Shown here one piece after another: positions 1 to 13,803 of a stretch of DNA of 64,000 nucleotides. This stretch comes from Eledone cirrhosa (Eukaryota). The notes under the pieces are model-generated. The model saw only the letters and a list, made by a program, of their open reading frames with translations. It ran no database searches and was not told where the DNA came from. Each line of letters opens with the position of its first letter. Positions within the stretch are counted from its first letter, which is position 1. The DNA is taken from assembly GCA_964016885.1 (NCBI GenBank), contig OZ024745.1, positions 105,400,001-105,464,000 on the forward strand. The letters are read 5' to 3'. The position numbers and the translations under genes are program-made.

Positions 1-730
1 CCTATACACTACGTCCGAAAAGCAATATACGTTAATGTCTCAATATCTTTGATCGTAGGTCTGTTAGATCAGAGCAGAGGTGTAGCTACAGAAAAACAAC
101 AGAGACGACGACGACGACGACGGCTACAACAACATGACCAACAACAGCAACAAAAACTCCAACAAATATTCTAAGTACGTAAATGAGTTTGGTATGTTAA
201 GATGCTCTTGCTAAACTAAATCATCGATAAATAAGTAGCAACAGTGTACACTAAAACTACTACAAAGAACTCAGCTGATACTAAGTTTACCAGACGTCCA
301 CAATTTAACAACACATACGAATAAATAAATAGATATATAAATATGAATGATTAAAACATAGGCTGTAGTAAAGATAATTTCGAATAATACTTTCAGCACC
401 ACTCCTAGAGAAATGTAACAAGATTGAATCTAATCCTAGATATAGTTGTGGCTTTGATATTTAATATTGACTGGGGACACACTAACATAATATTGATAAG
501 GCTTAAGAAAGAAAATTTCTGATATCTTCTCAGTCTTCATCAATACTTTATTTCAGATAACAACTTGGTCAGATAACACAGTATTTTCTCTACCATTCTT
601 TGCAAATACTTCTAAAATTCTCAACAATATGGAAGTAACAATAATTCAGCAACTACCATCATTATCTCATTCTCTTGTTCACCTTTATCTCCCCCTCCCT
701 CTCCCTCCCCTCTCTGTACTACTCACATTT

Positions 731-778
<48 letters not shown>

Positions 779-891
779 TCTTTCCTTGCGTTCATGTCTA
801 TCGATCTTTTATTTAAAAAATGATGAAGTAGAATAAAAAATAGTAAATGCGGTGCTATTTCGATGATTATGATTAACATGATTACCATTGC

Positions 892-946
<55 letters not shown>

Positions 947-1115
947 GGTGGTAGTAGTAGTAGTGGTAGTTGTAGTAGTAGTGGTAGTAGTAGTAGTGGT
1001 AGTAATAGTAGTAGTAGTAGTAGCAGTAGCAGTAGAAGTAATAGTAATAGTAATAGTAGTAGTGGTAGTAGTAGTATTAGTAGTAGTAGTAGAAGTAGTA
1101 GTAATATTAGTAGTG

Positions 1116-1197
<82 letters not shown>

Positions 1198-1203
1198 CAG
1201 TAG
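892..1203. repeat. (TAG)n/(TAT)n compound trinucleotide microsatellite
   Basis: Direct reading; explains the poly-S/V/L ORFs at 685-1296. Confidence 0.95.
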
Positions 1204-1457
1204 TCGCAAAACATGAATACTCACTACGAAGACAAGAATTATTACCAAGAGTATATATCTGGTTCCAAATGGTTTAAACAAGCTCCACGAATGCAATTAT
1301 CGGAAAATTCTGCGTTCGCTTCAAGAATGATTTTGGCTTGGAAATATGTGATTTTTATTCCCCTAATTTTCCCTATCGGAAGGTCGTGACTGTCATATTA
1401 CTGAAATTTGTACGCATTCTTTGTTTTCACTTTTAGTTATATATACTAATACAAAGC

Positions 1458-1461
<4 letters not shown>

Positions 1462-1539
<78 letters not shown>

Positions 1540-1599
1540 TAGATACATACATACATACATACATACATACATACATACATACATACATACATACATACA

Positions 1600-1646
<47 letters not shown>

Positions 1647-1775
1647 GCATAGATGCATATATACATAAATACACACACACATATATGTATATATGTATAT
1701 ATGTATATATGTATATATGTATATATGTATATATGTATGTGTGTGTGTGTGCGTGTATGTATGTATACATACCAT
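1462..1775. repeat. (TA)n/(TACA)n/(TG)n compound microsatellite
   Basis: Direct reading. Confidence 0.95.
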
Positions 1776-1997
1776 CATATTGTGTGAGTGTGACTGAGTG
1801 ATTGTGTGTCTCCGTATAAGGATGTATGCGCGCGTGCGATTTGGCTCGCTGTATACAGAGAAAACTATAATAGCTTTTATGGAGCACATGTTTATTATAT
1901 TTGGCAGAATTCTAAGAAACTAATAAACTATTGTTCCTGATAATCACAAATATTCATCTTTGAACTTTGCAGCAACTATTAATAAAAATACATATAT

Positions 1998-2150
1998 GGA
2001 CGTAGGTTTGACTCTGTGGTTAAAAAGTTCACTTTGTAACCACGTTGTTACGTGTGCGATCACAGTGCATTTTCTTAGACATGCTCCTTGGGTTATCAAA
2101 GCTTTGTGATTGAAAGTTGATAGACAAAAACAGCATAGAAGCCTGTCGTT
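1998..2150 (+). mobile_element. Decayed tRNA-derived SINE (octopus OR-like)
   Basis: Degenerate A-box (tgtggttaaaaag) and 3' part gctttgtgattgaaagttgatagac...gaagcctgtcgt resembling the octopus OR-type SINE body as I recall it. Confidence 0.4.
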
Positions 2151-3084
2151 AAGACGGTTTCAGTTCTTGTTTGATAGATTTAATCCATAGGGCTGTTTAA
2201 AACTACAACGTTTTCATTGGTGGCTTTGCAGTCCATTCTGTTATTGTTGAGATTGCCCCCGTTCTTGTATGCTAGATGTAATCCACTACACCGTTTAAAA
2301 CCCTGTCGTGGTCATTACCTATCTTTGTAGTTTATTCTGTTACAAGAATTTCGTCAAGTCTCTGTACTGAGGATAACTTCTTATTAACTATCGCATAAGC
2401 CCTAAAAACTACGCTCAAAGACGCTGTACTTTATAATCTATGTAACTTAAAAACAAAATATTTCCTGTTGAAACCTGTGGATGGTAGAGAGATAATCAAT
2501 AAAATAAGTAGCAGCCAACTACTTGACATCGATTTAATCACTTTCATTTTCTACCAAAACAAATGTTGTTATGATGTTTCTGACGTTGTAATTGCTATTG
2601 TTGTTTATTCTCAAGTCAAATCCGATCAAACAGATCCATAGTCGAAGGCATTTCAGCCATGACCACCCTGTCATTTCTCCACGTATAGTGCAACTGCTGT
2701 CTTTCTATTCTTTAGTTTCTCTACGACTAGTTATTGATAGAAGTCTCAACAGAAAGTTATTGCTAAAGGCACATGACTTGAATCATCGATATTTGTAATT
2801 AAAGTCTTAAACTTTTCTTTTTCTATCTCTCTTTTCATTTTTACATGGAATAGATCAAAGGAGATAGAATCATTATTAGTCACCTGGGCATGTGATGACA
2901 TAGAACTGGTCAAGGCTAATAGAAGGCGTGGAACTTGTCTTAAGTAGGTTCAGATGACAATGTTGCTGCTACTGCTGCCGATGATGATGATGATGTTGAT
3001 GATAAGGGTGTGGCGATGGTGGTGAGGATAATGAAGATGATAATGATTGTGATGATGATGAGGATGAACATAGAGATTCGTACG

Positions 3085-3154
<70 letters not shown>

Positions 3155-3573
3155 CGGAGACGATGGTAGTGATCGTGATGACGATGAAAAAGATAATGAC
3201 GATGGTGTAAATGTGATTGATCATCATGAACATCATGATGATCATGAGGTTTATGTTAACGTGTTACAAATTTTGCCATATTTGTTACTTACCATATTTG
3301 AAAGTGACCGGTTTATATATTGAACTTAAAGTACGATTTCTCTTTTATGTCCTTTTATCTTTGACGATTTGATCACTGTCCCATACGATTGATTCCAATA
3401 CACAGCTGAAATATATGAAAACTTACTTTACACATCAAAGACACGAGCAAATAGTTAGATACATGCACGAAGATGCGTGCGATCACGCGCATCATTGCAT
3501 AGATTCATTTGGAATCCGTTATATACAAATATATTGCCGCTCACATTACAAGTACATACTTCAAAAAATAATT

Positions 3574-3760
3574 CGGTGGATTGGCAGTATCGGTAGAGGG
3601 TCGGACGCCATGCTTTCCAGCATAGTTACGTCCCTTTACGATCTGAGTTCAAATCCCGCCGAGGTTGACTTTGCCTTTCATCCTTACGGGGTCGATAAAA
3701 TAAAGTACCAGTAATGCACTGGTTAATTGCTGGCCTTGTGCCTAAAGTAGAAACAATTAT
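3574..3760 (+). mobile_element. Young tRNA-derived SINE (~186 bp; OK/MESC-like core)
   Basis: ggtggattggcagtatcggtag (A-box-like), gagttcaaatccc (B-box), core gccgaggttgactttgcctttcatcc...cgataaaataaagtaccag, tail aaacaattat; near-identical to copies at 14003, 36019, 49899. Confidence 0.9.
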
Positions 3761-3973
3761 TTCCAATTGCACATACTCACACACGACGCTAGGAGGCTAC
3801 TTACATCCACGTACGTACACATAGAAAGTTTGGTACGTATACAATCCATTATACAATTCCACACTATGCCTGTGTCAATGACGTCACTAACCTCCTCACC
3901 TCTTAAACTGTTCTGAGAAACCTGTAACACGTAGTTGAAAACTTCAGAGTAACAGGTCATTGGATATGCCTTG

Positions 3974-4560
<587 letters not shown>

Positions 4561-4836
4561 AAAACAAATAACGAAACGAAATTAAATTTCGTTTCGTTTG
4601 TAACTCACTTTTGTATGACTGACGCTTAAACAATTAAGTTAAAGATGTACATCCATATATGTATACTGAAATACTAGTATGTATATGAATACACACACGT
4701 ATACATATGTAGATGTACCAAGTTTTTTCACTGGTCACTTTACTGTGAGTGGCCAGCTATTCTGTATGTAAACACACAGACAAACCGGTTTTTAGAGTAT
4801 TTCAGTATACATATATGGATGTACATCTTTAACTTA

Positions 4837-4841
<5 letters not shown>
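4561..4841. mobile_element. Fold-back insert between (TA)n tracts; probable truncated PLE terminal remnant
   Basis: 46-bp inverted arms 4630-4675 / 4796-4841; left end (aaacgaaa...tttc...ctcactt...cttaaa) resembles 11570-11625. Confidence 0.6.
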
Positions 4842-4901
<60 letters not shown>

Positions 4902-4931
4902 AGATCAAAAGATGGTTAAAGGAGTTCCATA

Positions 4932-5002
4932 TATTTTATTATGCGCATTTCAAAAACAAACATCATCAAGCAATAATATTTGTGTTTTCATCAGATAAAA
5001 CA
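4932..5002 (-). ncRNA. Minimal type I hammerhead ribozyme (inverted pLTR copy)
   Basis: Reverse complement of the motif at 10684-10754. Confidence 0.8.
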
Positions 5003-5186
5003 GGAGAACATGATATGAAGGCTAAAAAAACACTTGTTGATAGTGCAGTTTTAAATCAACATAATCTGCATTGCTTTATTGTACTACAATAAAACTCACC
5101 TCCTACATTAACTTGCTCCTTAACGGTTGAGCGCTTACTCTCATATTGGATACCTTTTGATGGTCCTTCACCTCTTCTTCTACAAC

Positions 5187-7297
5187 ATGGATTATTACAA
5201 CATAACCAATTCAACTAAAGACATTCCTATACCTAGTAAATCCGAATTTACCAAACTTCTTATTGAAAAAGCTGACTCCTTCGTAAGAAGACTTAGATGG
5301 ACAGCCTATTTCTATGACCAGCGCCTAAAAGGGAACTTTCATACCAAAGAACACAACTTCCTCGATCATCTTTTTAATTCTAGACGAAATCCTCCTTCCA
5401 ACAAAAATCTAGCACAATTCGAGGAAGAATTAACTAAAATAATAAAAAATCTTAAATTCAAGAGATACCCTTACAAAGGACAAGAGCACCTTGTAAATCT
5501 CAAGAACACAATCTCTAACCTAAATTCCTCAAAAAATGTTTTAGTCCACTCTGACAAAACCAATAACCTATATGGTATTTCCAAGGATAATTATAACAAC
5601 CTTATCCTAAAGGAACTTAGGAAAAAGTATCGTAAAACCAACCATGAAAATTTAGAATGCATAAACCTTGAAGCCTATGAGATTATGTCAAAACTTGGCA
5701 TTGAAAAAAAGACCGAACCATTCCTCCCAAGAACTCCGAGGATAAATCTCAAGGATCACAAAAACAATTTTCGCACTGAACTACCTGTTAGATTAATCGC
5801 CCCCTCTAAATCTGATCTGGGGGTTGTTAGTAAAGCCATCTTGGATAGGATTATCCCACAGGTTAGTTCTAATTGCTCTTCTTTAAACCTAAATTTATGG
5901 TTTGGTACTTCTGAAGTGATTGGCTGGTTCAACAAATTGGATAATAAAAACAAAATAAAATTTATTCAATTCGATATTGCCAGCTACTATTCCTCCATTT
6001 CGCCTTCACTTCTCAATAATGCTCTATCTTTCGCACTTAAATATTCTGACATCACCACAGATGAACTTCACATTATCCTCACCGCACGTAAAACCATCCT
6101 AGAGTTCAACAACGAATATTGGATCAGAGCCGATACCTCTAACAACTTCGACATCACAATGGGAGCATCCGATTCATCCCAATTGACTGATTTAATTGGT
6201 ATCTTCATTTTGAACTCTTTGAGTCGGAAAATTCCTCAACTTCGCGGTGGAATTTATCGTGACGATGGACTCTTTACTATCCTAAATTGCAATATAGTTA
6301 AACTTAATATTATTAAGAACAATATACGTAATCTCTTTAACCAACATAACCTAAAAATTGAATTTGATAATAGTATCAAACTAGCTAATTTCTTGGATGT
6401 ATCTCTTAATCTTGACACTGGCCTATATTACCCTTACCATAAAAACAATGAGAATCTTAATTATGTTAACTTTAAATCTAACCATCCTACCAATATCAAG
6501 AATGCTATAGTTAATAATATTGGAAATAGAATATCTAACATATCTTCTAATAAAAACATCTTTGATGCTAACGCCAATTACTATAATAACGCACTTTCTA
6601 AAGCCGGCTATCCAGATAAAATCAAATATAATAAAGAAACAAATTCTAGGAAAACTTACAGTAGAATAATTAATCATGACCATTCCAATAATTTTAATAA
6701 AAGACCTAGATACAAAAACATAATCTGGTATAATGCTCCTTTCTCCATCTCTATTAATAACAATATTCCTAAATTATTTTTTAGTGCCTTAAATAAATGC
6801 TTCCCTCCCTCACATATCTATAGTAAAATATTTAACAAACACACCATCAAATTTTCGTATTCTACATCCTCCAATATTTCCAACATCATCTCTAAACACA
6901 ACAACAACATATTAAATACTAAATCTCTTCCTTCCAATATTGAATTTCATAATAACAGTAATAGTACTCCCGACGTCATTGTAAACTCTAGGCAAACTTC
7001 TGTAAACCCAAATACAACGTCAAACACAACTTCGCTAAATGTTCATAATCCAACTCTAAATCAAGAAACTATTATTCCTATTATTCCTATCGCAAACAAC
7101 TTCTCCAATCCAATTCCTTCTATAGATAACACTAGATCACTCATTAATAATCTCTCTAATTGCAACTGCCGCATTAAAAATAAATGTCCTCTCAACAACC
7201 ATTGCCTCGATAAAAACTTAATTTATGAATGTAAAATTATAACTAGCACCAATTCCTTCACCTATTTTGGCTCCACTTCCACCTCTTTTAAAGCTCG
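5187..7297 (+). CDS. PLE ORF, 5' part: RT, linker and N-half of GIY-YIG (interrupted by LTR element)
   Basis: STKDIPIPS N-terminus, KDHK, RLIAPSKSDLG, FDIASYYSSI, MGASDS, GGIYRDDGL (RT), FLDV, SNHP; CNCRIKNKCPLNNHC = CxCx5Cx5C Naiad-type linker; NLIY...YFG (GIY-YIG). ATG 5187 is my preferred start. Confidence 0.9.
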
Positions 7298-9405
7298 TGT
7301 AGCGGTTGTCTCCCTTGTTTTGATTGGGATCTAGACGGGAAGTAGAACCCTTTCTGCAACTTCCGGTCAGAGCCCTATAAAACTAACAACTTTAAGCTTT
7401 CTAACTCTCTTTGCCTTTTCGGCACCAGGTCAAGAGCCTCTCATTGGGCTCCGCCATTAATTTGGCCAACAGGCGCCTGGCCTTAGCCAGGCGTCCTCTG
7501 CCAGCCGCGTTTGCCTGGCAATCAAAACGGTAACTACTAACTTTGTTTCATTCTAACATCTATCTTTGACATGTCAAGTATTCTATCTACCGTTAATTAA
7601 ATATTATATACACAAACCATATCTCGTTTTGTTACATTCATACAACCCAGTATCCTCGCTATATTGGTAACCCTGACGTGATACGAACACGCAGCCGTTC
7701 ATCGCTATAAGTGGTCACCCCCCAAAAAAAGAAAAAAATAGCACATCTGGTTTTGTGAGTAACATTACGAATACACAGCAAATTTAGCGACAAACTATGA
7801 AAATACTCAAGGACACGCACACACGCACATGTGGAATTCGCACAGACAGACTTTTTCTCTCACGCATCAATTAACTGTCGCATTTCACCAATATATATAT
7901 GTTTCTCGTTTCTTACAACGAACACTTTCAAAACAAAAAAAACAAAAAAAACATTTCACGATATATATATATGTTTCTCGTTTCTTACAACGAACTCTTT
8001 CAAAACACACAAAAAAAAAAGAAATTTGATATTCTTTAAAAAACATTTCAACAGGAACATTTATTTTCGATGAACCATTGCCTTTTTGTTCATCGTTTTC
8101 TTCATCGTTCAAGTTTTTTGTTTTTTCCCAAAGTTCACACCAATAATTATGCTGAGTGAAGCCTTTCTTTTTCATCATTGTCACTTTCAAAATTGCACTA
8201 TCATTTTCTCGCGCGTTAGAAATATTATTTTTTTTCAACCTTGTATTGGCACGTGTAGGCAGCACAAATTCTCGATTCACTGAGATGTCTCTACTCACAG
8301 ACAGCCGCACGCCAGAGATAACATTTCTCCCCAAGGATTCTTCAGCCTTAAGCTATATTCTTCTATTTGCCGGTTTATAAATTTACAATGTAAATTTACC
8401 GTTGATAACCGCGCATTTATTAAGAATGCTTATTTCTCTGGTCGCTGGCCTCTTGACCCTTCCAGGTCAACGCATTCTCAACATCGACCATCAACTTCGG
8501 CTGCTATTTCTAGCACTTTGCGCAACTCATTTAAAAATTTTTTTTACTGTGAATTTAAACACCGAATACGCTCACTCAGCGAGACAACAGCAGCAGCAGC
8601 AATACATCAACACAGCTTCACCAACAACCAGCAGAACGCCAGAGAATTTATTTTTGCAGCACTCTCCCTGTGAGAAAATCCATTCGGAGGTTGGAAATTT
8701 CATGATATACCACAGAACAGAGACCACCTGCATTCATTCTCTGGAACACACTTTCTTTCCTGCTGTCATGTGATTGCACACCTGTGAACTATATTTTGTA
8801 CATTTGAACTTTGAGCTCTTCTATCACTTTTACTTTATTACATTGTATCTTTGGGTGATGGATAGATGGATGTCCAGTCCTTCTCTGGCCAAGAGCGGTT
8901 GGCTACCTTGATATCTATCATTGATTTTTCCAAACATTCTTTTGTCGTAATTTTCATGCCTGTTACAACATTCTCGCCAACTTGCTACATATTTTCATTT
9001 CGATTTTTATACACTAAAATTCTGGCGGGAGGTTATGTAGCGGTTGTCTCCCTTGTTTTGATTGGGATCTAGACGGGAAGTAGAACCCTTTCTGCAACTT
9101 CCGGTCAGAGCCCTATAAAACTAACAACTTTAAGCTTTCTAACTCTCTTTGCCTTTTCGGCACCAGGTCAAGAGCCTCTCATTGGGCTCCGCCATTAATT
9201 TGGCCAACAGGCGCCTGGCCTTAGCCAGGCGTCCTCTGCCAGCCGCGTTTGCCTGGCAATCAAAACGGTAACTACTAACTTTGTTTCATTCTAACATCTA
9301 TCTTTGACATGTCAACTATACTATCTACCATTGTTAATTAAATATTATACACACAAACCATGTCTCGTTTTGTTACATTCACCAACAACCAGTATTCTCG
9401 CTATA
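7298..9405 (+). mobile_element. Non-autonomous LTR retrotransposon (TRIM/LARD-like, probably Gypsy-derived)
   Basis: LTRs 7298-7663 and 9036-9405 (TGTAGCG...CGCTATA), 4-bp TSD CTCG (7294-7297, 9406-9409), PBS tggtaaccctgacgtgat at 7665 (tRNA-Trp-like), PPT ggcgggagg 9024-9032, TATA-like ctataaaa in the LTR; no gag/pol motifs seen internally. Confidence 0.92.
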
Positions 9406-9409
9406 CTCG

Positions 9410-9701
9410 TCTCTATAATCATCATTCATCTTTCAAATACAAACTTAAAAGAACTAACACTGCTCTCTCAGAACTCATATGGTCCTTAAAAGACAAAAAC
9501 ATTAAATATAACATCTTTTGGAAAAAGATTTCTTCTGCATCCTCATACTTGAACAGCTCTCTATCTAAAATCTGTAATCTTTGCCTAAATGAAAAATTTA
9601 CCATTATCTCTAACCTAGAATCTATAATAAATAGACGCTCAGATTTGTTTTCTATCTGCCTGCATAAATTCCATAGAACTTTTCACAAAGTATACAGTTA
9701 A
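9410..9701 (+). CDS. PLE ORF, 3' part: C-half of GIY-YIG endonuclease
   Basis: Removing 7298-9409 joins FKAR-LYNHHSSF...TALSELIW...CNLCLNEK...NRRSDLFSICLH in frame; joined ORF is 2403 nt (800 aa + stop). Confidence 0.9.
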
Positions 9702-10177
9702 TATTCAATTCTTTATCAATTTAGAATCTTTTCTCAAAGGCACATATACATACACCTCTTTAAAATATACCCATCTACCTTACTTTAAAGGGCATTATAC
9801 ACTCTATAATACTCGTTTACTCATTACCCTCATTCTATCTTCTCGTAAAATAATAACATTTGTTTTTGACATTTTGAATATTCATCCGCAATCATTATTA
9901 TTTTTTCTCTCTATCATAAATCTTTTTAATCTCAATTTCATCCTTAATTTATTATTATTTTTTTCTCCCCATCAACGAACTCATTATTAATACATATCAA
10001 TTCAATATACAAACTTTAACTTCACATTATTTTTCTCAAATCCTTCTACACACAAACCTTAACAATCTTTCTCTTCGCTAATTTTGAAATTGCCACAATA
10101 CATACATTTCTTCTTTTGACGTTAGAATATTCACCCACAATTATTATTTTTTTCTCTCTATCTTCATACATAATTTC

Positions 10178-10590
10178 CCTTCGTTAATTTTCAAATTCCT
10201 TTAATTTATACATTATCTTCCAACGGTTCCCAACCTCTCTATATTAAAACAATATATCTTTTTCTCAGTTATAAAAACTATCTCTTTCTCTCTATCACCC
10301 ATCTCTCCCTCTCCACCTTCACTCTCATCTCCTCCCCCCTTTTTTTCATCCTTTCCACCCCCCCCTTCCCTAAATAAAATATTTTTTCCTCGCACATATC
10401 CTCCCTTCGTTAATTTTCAAAATTTTTAATTTATACAGTATCTTCCAACGGTTTTCAACCCCTCTATGTAAAAAATATATCTCCTCTCAGTTATAAAAAC
10501 TATCTCTTTCTCTCTATCACCCATCTCTCCCTCTCATCTCCTTCCCTTTTCATCCTTTCCCCCCCCCTCTCTAAATAAAATATTTTTCCC
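10178..10590 (+). repeat. Diverged ~225-bp tandem duplication in the Naiad 3' UTR
   Basis: cccttcgttaattttcaaa...tctcagttataaaaactatctctttctctctatcacccatctctccc occurs at ~10178 and ~10403. Confidence 0.8.
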
Positions 10591-10683
10591 AATATCACAC
10601 ATCAATCTAAAACCACTTTTCATATGTTGATTTAAAACTGCACTATCAACAAGTGTTTTTTTAGCCTTCATATCACGTTCTCC

Positions 10684-10754
10684 TGTTTTATCTGATGAAA
10701 ACACAAATATTATTGCTTGATGATGTTTGTTTTTGAAATGCGCATAATAAAATA
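10684..10754 (+). ncRNA. Minimal type I hammerhead ribozyme in Naiad 3' pLTR
   Basis: Stem I UGUUUUAU/AUAAAAUA, CUGAUGA 10692-10698, ~12-bp stem II, GAAA, palindromic UGCGCA stem III, predicted cleavage after AUA (10746). Confidence 0.85.
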
Positions 10755-11099
10755 TATGGAACTCCTTTAACCATCTTTTGATCTTATATTATGCATACTC
10801 CAGTCCCACAAACTGTAGAGTGCTTCTTTATCCGATATCTGCATTGCTTTATTGTACTACAATAAAACTCACCTCCTACATATATATATATATATATATA
10901 TATGTATATGTATATATATATATGTATAATATGTATATATATATATAATTATATAACCAACGATTAGTATGGTTCGTTGATTACTCAATGAATACAATTT
11001 TACAATAGTTTAGAAGCACTCAACAAAAAAACATTTTCCTGGAGTTTTTAATATTATTCAAAATGTTAACAAATGAAAAATATTCTCATAATCAAAATA

Positions 11100-11170
11100 T
11101 ATACTTTATTATATATATTTCAAAGGTACTGTGTTGTTTTTTTCAGTACGTCCTCATCAGACAAAATATA
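11100..11170 (-). ncRNA. Minimal type I hammerhead in fold-back remnant 10936-11317
   Basis: Minus strand: UAUAUUUUGU CUGAUGA GGACGUACUG...CAGUACCUUU GAAA UAUAUA UA AUAAAGUAUA; 10-bp stem I with GU pairs. Confidence 0.8.
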
Positions 11171-11311
11171 TGATTTGATATATGACATACCGCTACGGTC
11201 TTGATTATTCAATTCCAGTATTGGCAATACTGAAATTGAATAATCAAGACCGTAGCGGTATGTCATATATCAAATAATATATTTTGTCTGATGAGGACGT
11301 ACTGAAAAAAC

Positions 11312-11418
<107 letters not shown>

Positions 11419-11469
11419 CATAAAACATGTCTATAGAATCACAAGATAAAATATATATATATATGTAAA

Positions 11470-11546
<77 letters not shown>

Positions 11547-11566
11547 GTGTATATATATATATATAA

Positions 11567-12350
11567 ATGGAAAAAATGAAACGAAATTTCATTTCTCACT
11601 CTTAGTACGGCTGTTACTTAAATATAAGTATGTATACGTACATACATATATGTATACAGACGTACAGTAGTATGTATATATACATACATGCACACATATA
11701 TATATATATACTTTTGGCACAAGGCCAGTAATTACCCAGTGTATTACTGGTACTTTATTTAATAGACCCCATAAGGATGAAAGGCAAAGTTAACCTCGGC
11801 GGGATTTGAACTCAATGCTCGGTTTGTTTGTAAACAAACATCCCGAATTAAGCCGTACAGTGTTTAGCAACCATCGTTGCCCTTTTGTTCAACACTGACA
11901 AAGGAACGATGTACTAGTTTCAAGCTTCTTAGCTATCGTCAGCACCGTATACCTTCCTGCCATTTTTTCCATTTATCGTTTTCGGTGCGCCCGGCCGATT
12001 AACTCACTCGATATGCAAATTAGGCTGCCCAGCCGTTAATATGCATAAGGAAAGTATATACTTTCAGACGTTCAATCATCTGACAGGAAGGTATACGGTG
12101 CTGACGATAGCTAATAAGCTTGAAACTAGTACATCGTTCCTTTGTCAGTGTTGAATGAACGAAAAGGCAACGATGGTTGCTAAACACTGTACGGCTTAAT
12201 TCGGGATGTTTGTTTACAAACAAACCGAGCATTATAATAAATGTTCGGTAAATCCGTACGTACATATATATATGTGTGCATGTATGTATATATATATACA
12301 TACTACTGTACGTCTGTATACATATATGTATGTAGGTATACATACTTATA
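11567..12350. mobile_element. Fold-back PLE-like remnant with a SINE fragment (11709-11814, minus) in the left arm
   Basis: Inverted arms 11625-11700/12262-12350 and 11814-11959/12084-12233; both ends in (TA)n; hammerhead in both arms. Confidence 0.75.
12095..12137 (+). ncRNA. Minimal type I hammerhead (second copy 11906-11948, minus)
   Basis: ACGGUG CUGACGA U-AGCU-AAUA-AGCU-U GAAA CUAG UA CAUCGU; palindromic ACUAGU stem III; U.U at base of stem II. Confidence 0.8.
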
Positions 12351-12364
12351 TATATATATATAAA

Positions 12365-12583
12365 AAGAACGATCGACTTTCGTCAAATCGGACCGAGGGA
12401 ACAATGTTTCCGTTGGTCTTTCCAATTGCTAATACTATCTATCGGTCGCAACTCCAGGTAGAAGGAGCACCGTGAAATAAAGTGTCTTGCCCAAGGACAT
12501 AACGTATCGCTGGTCCAGGAATCGAACTCACAACCTTACGATTGCGAATCCAGTTCTCTAACCACTCAGCCACACGCCTTCAC
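12365..12583 (-). mobile_element. tRNA-derived SINE (second family)
   Basis: Minus: gtgaaggcgtgtggctgagtggttag (A-box)...gagttcgattcc (B-box)...gtccttgggcaagacactt. Confidence 0.75.
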
Positions 12584-12679
<96 letters not shown>

Positions 12680-13803
12680 TTCGATATTAGTAGTTAACTT
12701 CTTTTAGAGGTTTATCAGGGAAGTAGCGGTGGCTATTTCATTTGCAGATCTGAATATCTATCTGCATACAAAAAGAAAACCCTGGGTGGTGAACCAATGT
12801 TTGTCTGAGTATTAGTAACCGAGAGAATTCTTCTAAAGGCATCAACAGATCTGTGATAATGTTATGTTACGTCTAAAAAAAAGTTATTTATGACTATATT
12901 TTCAAATGACACTATTACAGTAACTGAAATGAATTTCTTTCAAATGGTAATTGAAAACGTGACATCGAGTAGGAGTACGTTGAGTTTACTTAAGTTTGAT
13001 GGAACTATAACTTGTATAGAATTATATTACAATACCGATTTAAAATATTCAAATACATGATCAATAATCATTTTATATTTTTCAAATGAGCGCTATAATT
13101 GGTGCCAATGGACCTTTTTTTAAATCAGTGATATATGTCATGGAAAATGAATCCTGTTTAACATTGAGTGGGAAAAGAAATAAGCCTAAAAATTATGAGC
13201 GGATATACAAAATAAAATGGCAACTGCCGTATATCAAAATTGTGGCAAGTATTATCATGATTAGACCATGAGCTGAATATCTACTCGACAGCGTTCTCGT
13301 AATAAAATGAATGTATAAATCGAACAAGAGTCGTAAACATTTTCCCATTTACTGTATCTCTTCGGGGCAATATATTATATAGAGGGAAAATGTTAGCAGT
13401 ACGCTGTTGATTTGGGAAGTAAAAATAAATTGAACCTAATTTATGGTATTTATATTGTTTTAATATAACAGAGCACACTAGTGTCTGCCTCTTTCCACTA
13501 CGTTAGCGTTAATGTTATCAATTTGATAAAAGGCTCCTTGCTTTTATTATTATTGCTCGTGCCGTTTCGTCCAAGGTTAATCCTGATCGAGAAGATACAT
13601 AACCTCAAACATTCCAGCCATGACCATGCCATCTCATGGCAGAAATTATACATGCTTGACTATATTCATCTACAAGTGTTTGCTTCTTTATAAAAACTAG
13701 AGTCTGGTTTGAGAGAGATTCAGCTGCTATTTCTAGCGAATCAATAGAAAAAGTAGAGATGTTAAGAGGAGTGGAGCTTTTTGATGAAACGTCCGTAGTA
13801 ATA

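Larger units (their letters stand above)
4894..10881 (+). mobile_element. Full-length Naiad-type Penelope-like retroelement with inverted 5' pseudo-LTR, inserted in (TA)n
   Basis: 3' pLTR 10623-10881; 4894-5063 is the reverse complement of 10623-10792; 5064-5108 is a direct copy of 10837-10881; RT+GIY-YIG ORF between them; (TA)n on both sides. Confidence 0.92.

Noticed and set aside
3574-3660. tRNA gene
   Set aside because: A/B boxes belong to a SINE head; no cloverleaf, and it is followed by the SINE core and tail
5187-9701. Selenocysteine-recoded Naiad, as reported in some spiders and clams
   Set aside because: The joined ORF has no in-frame TGA and its Cys motifs are ordinary Cys
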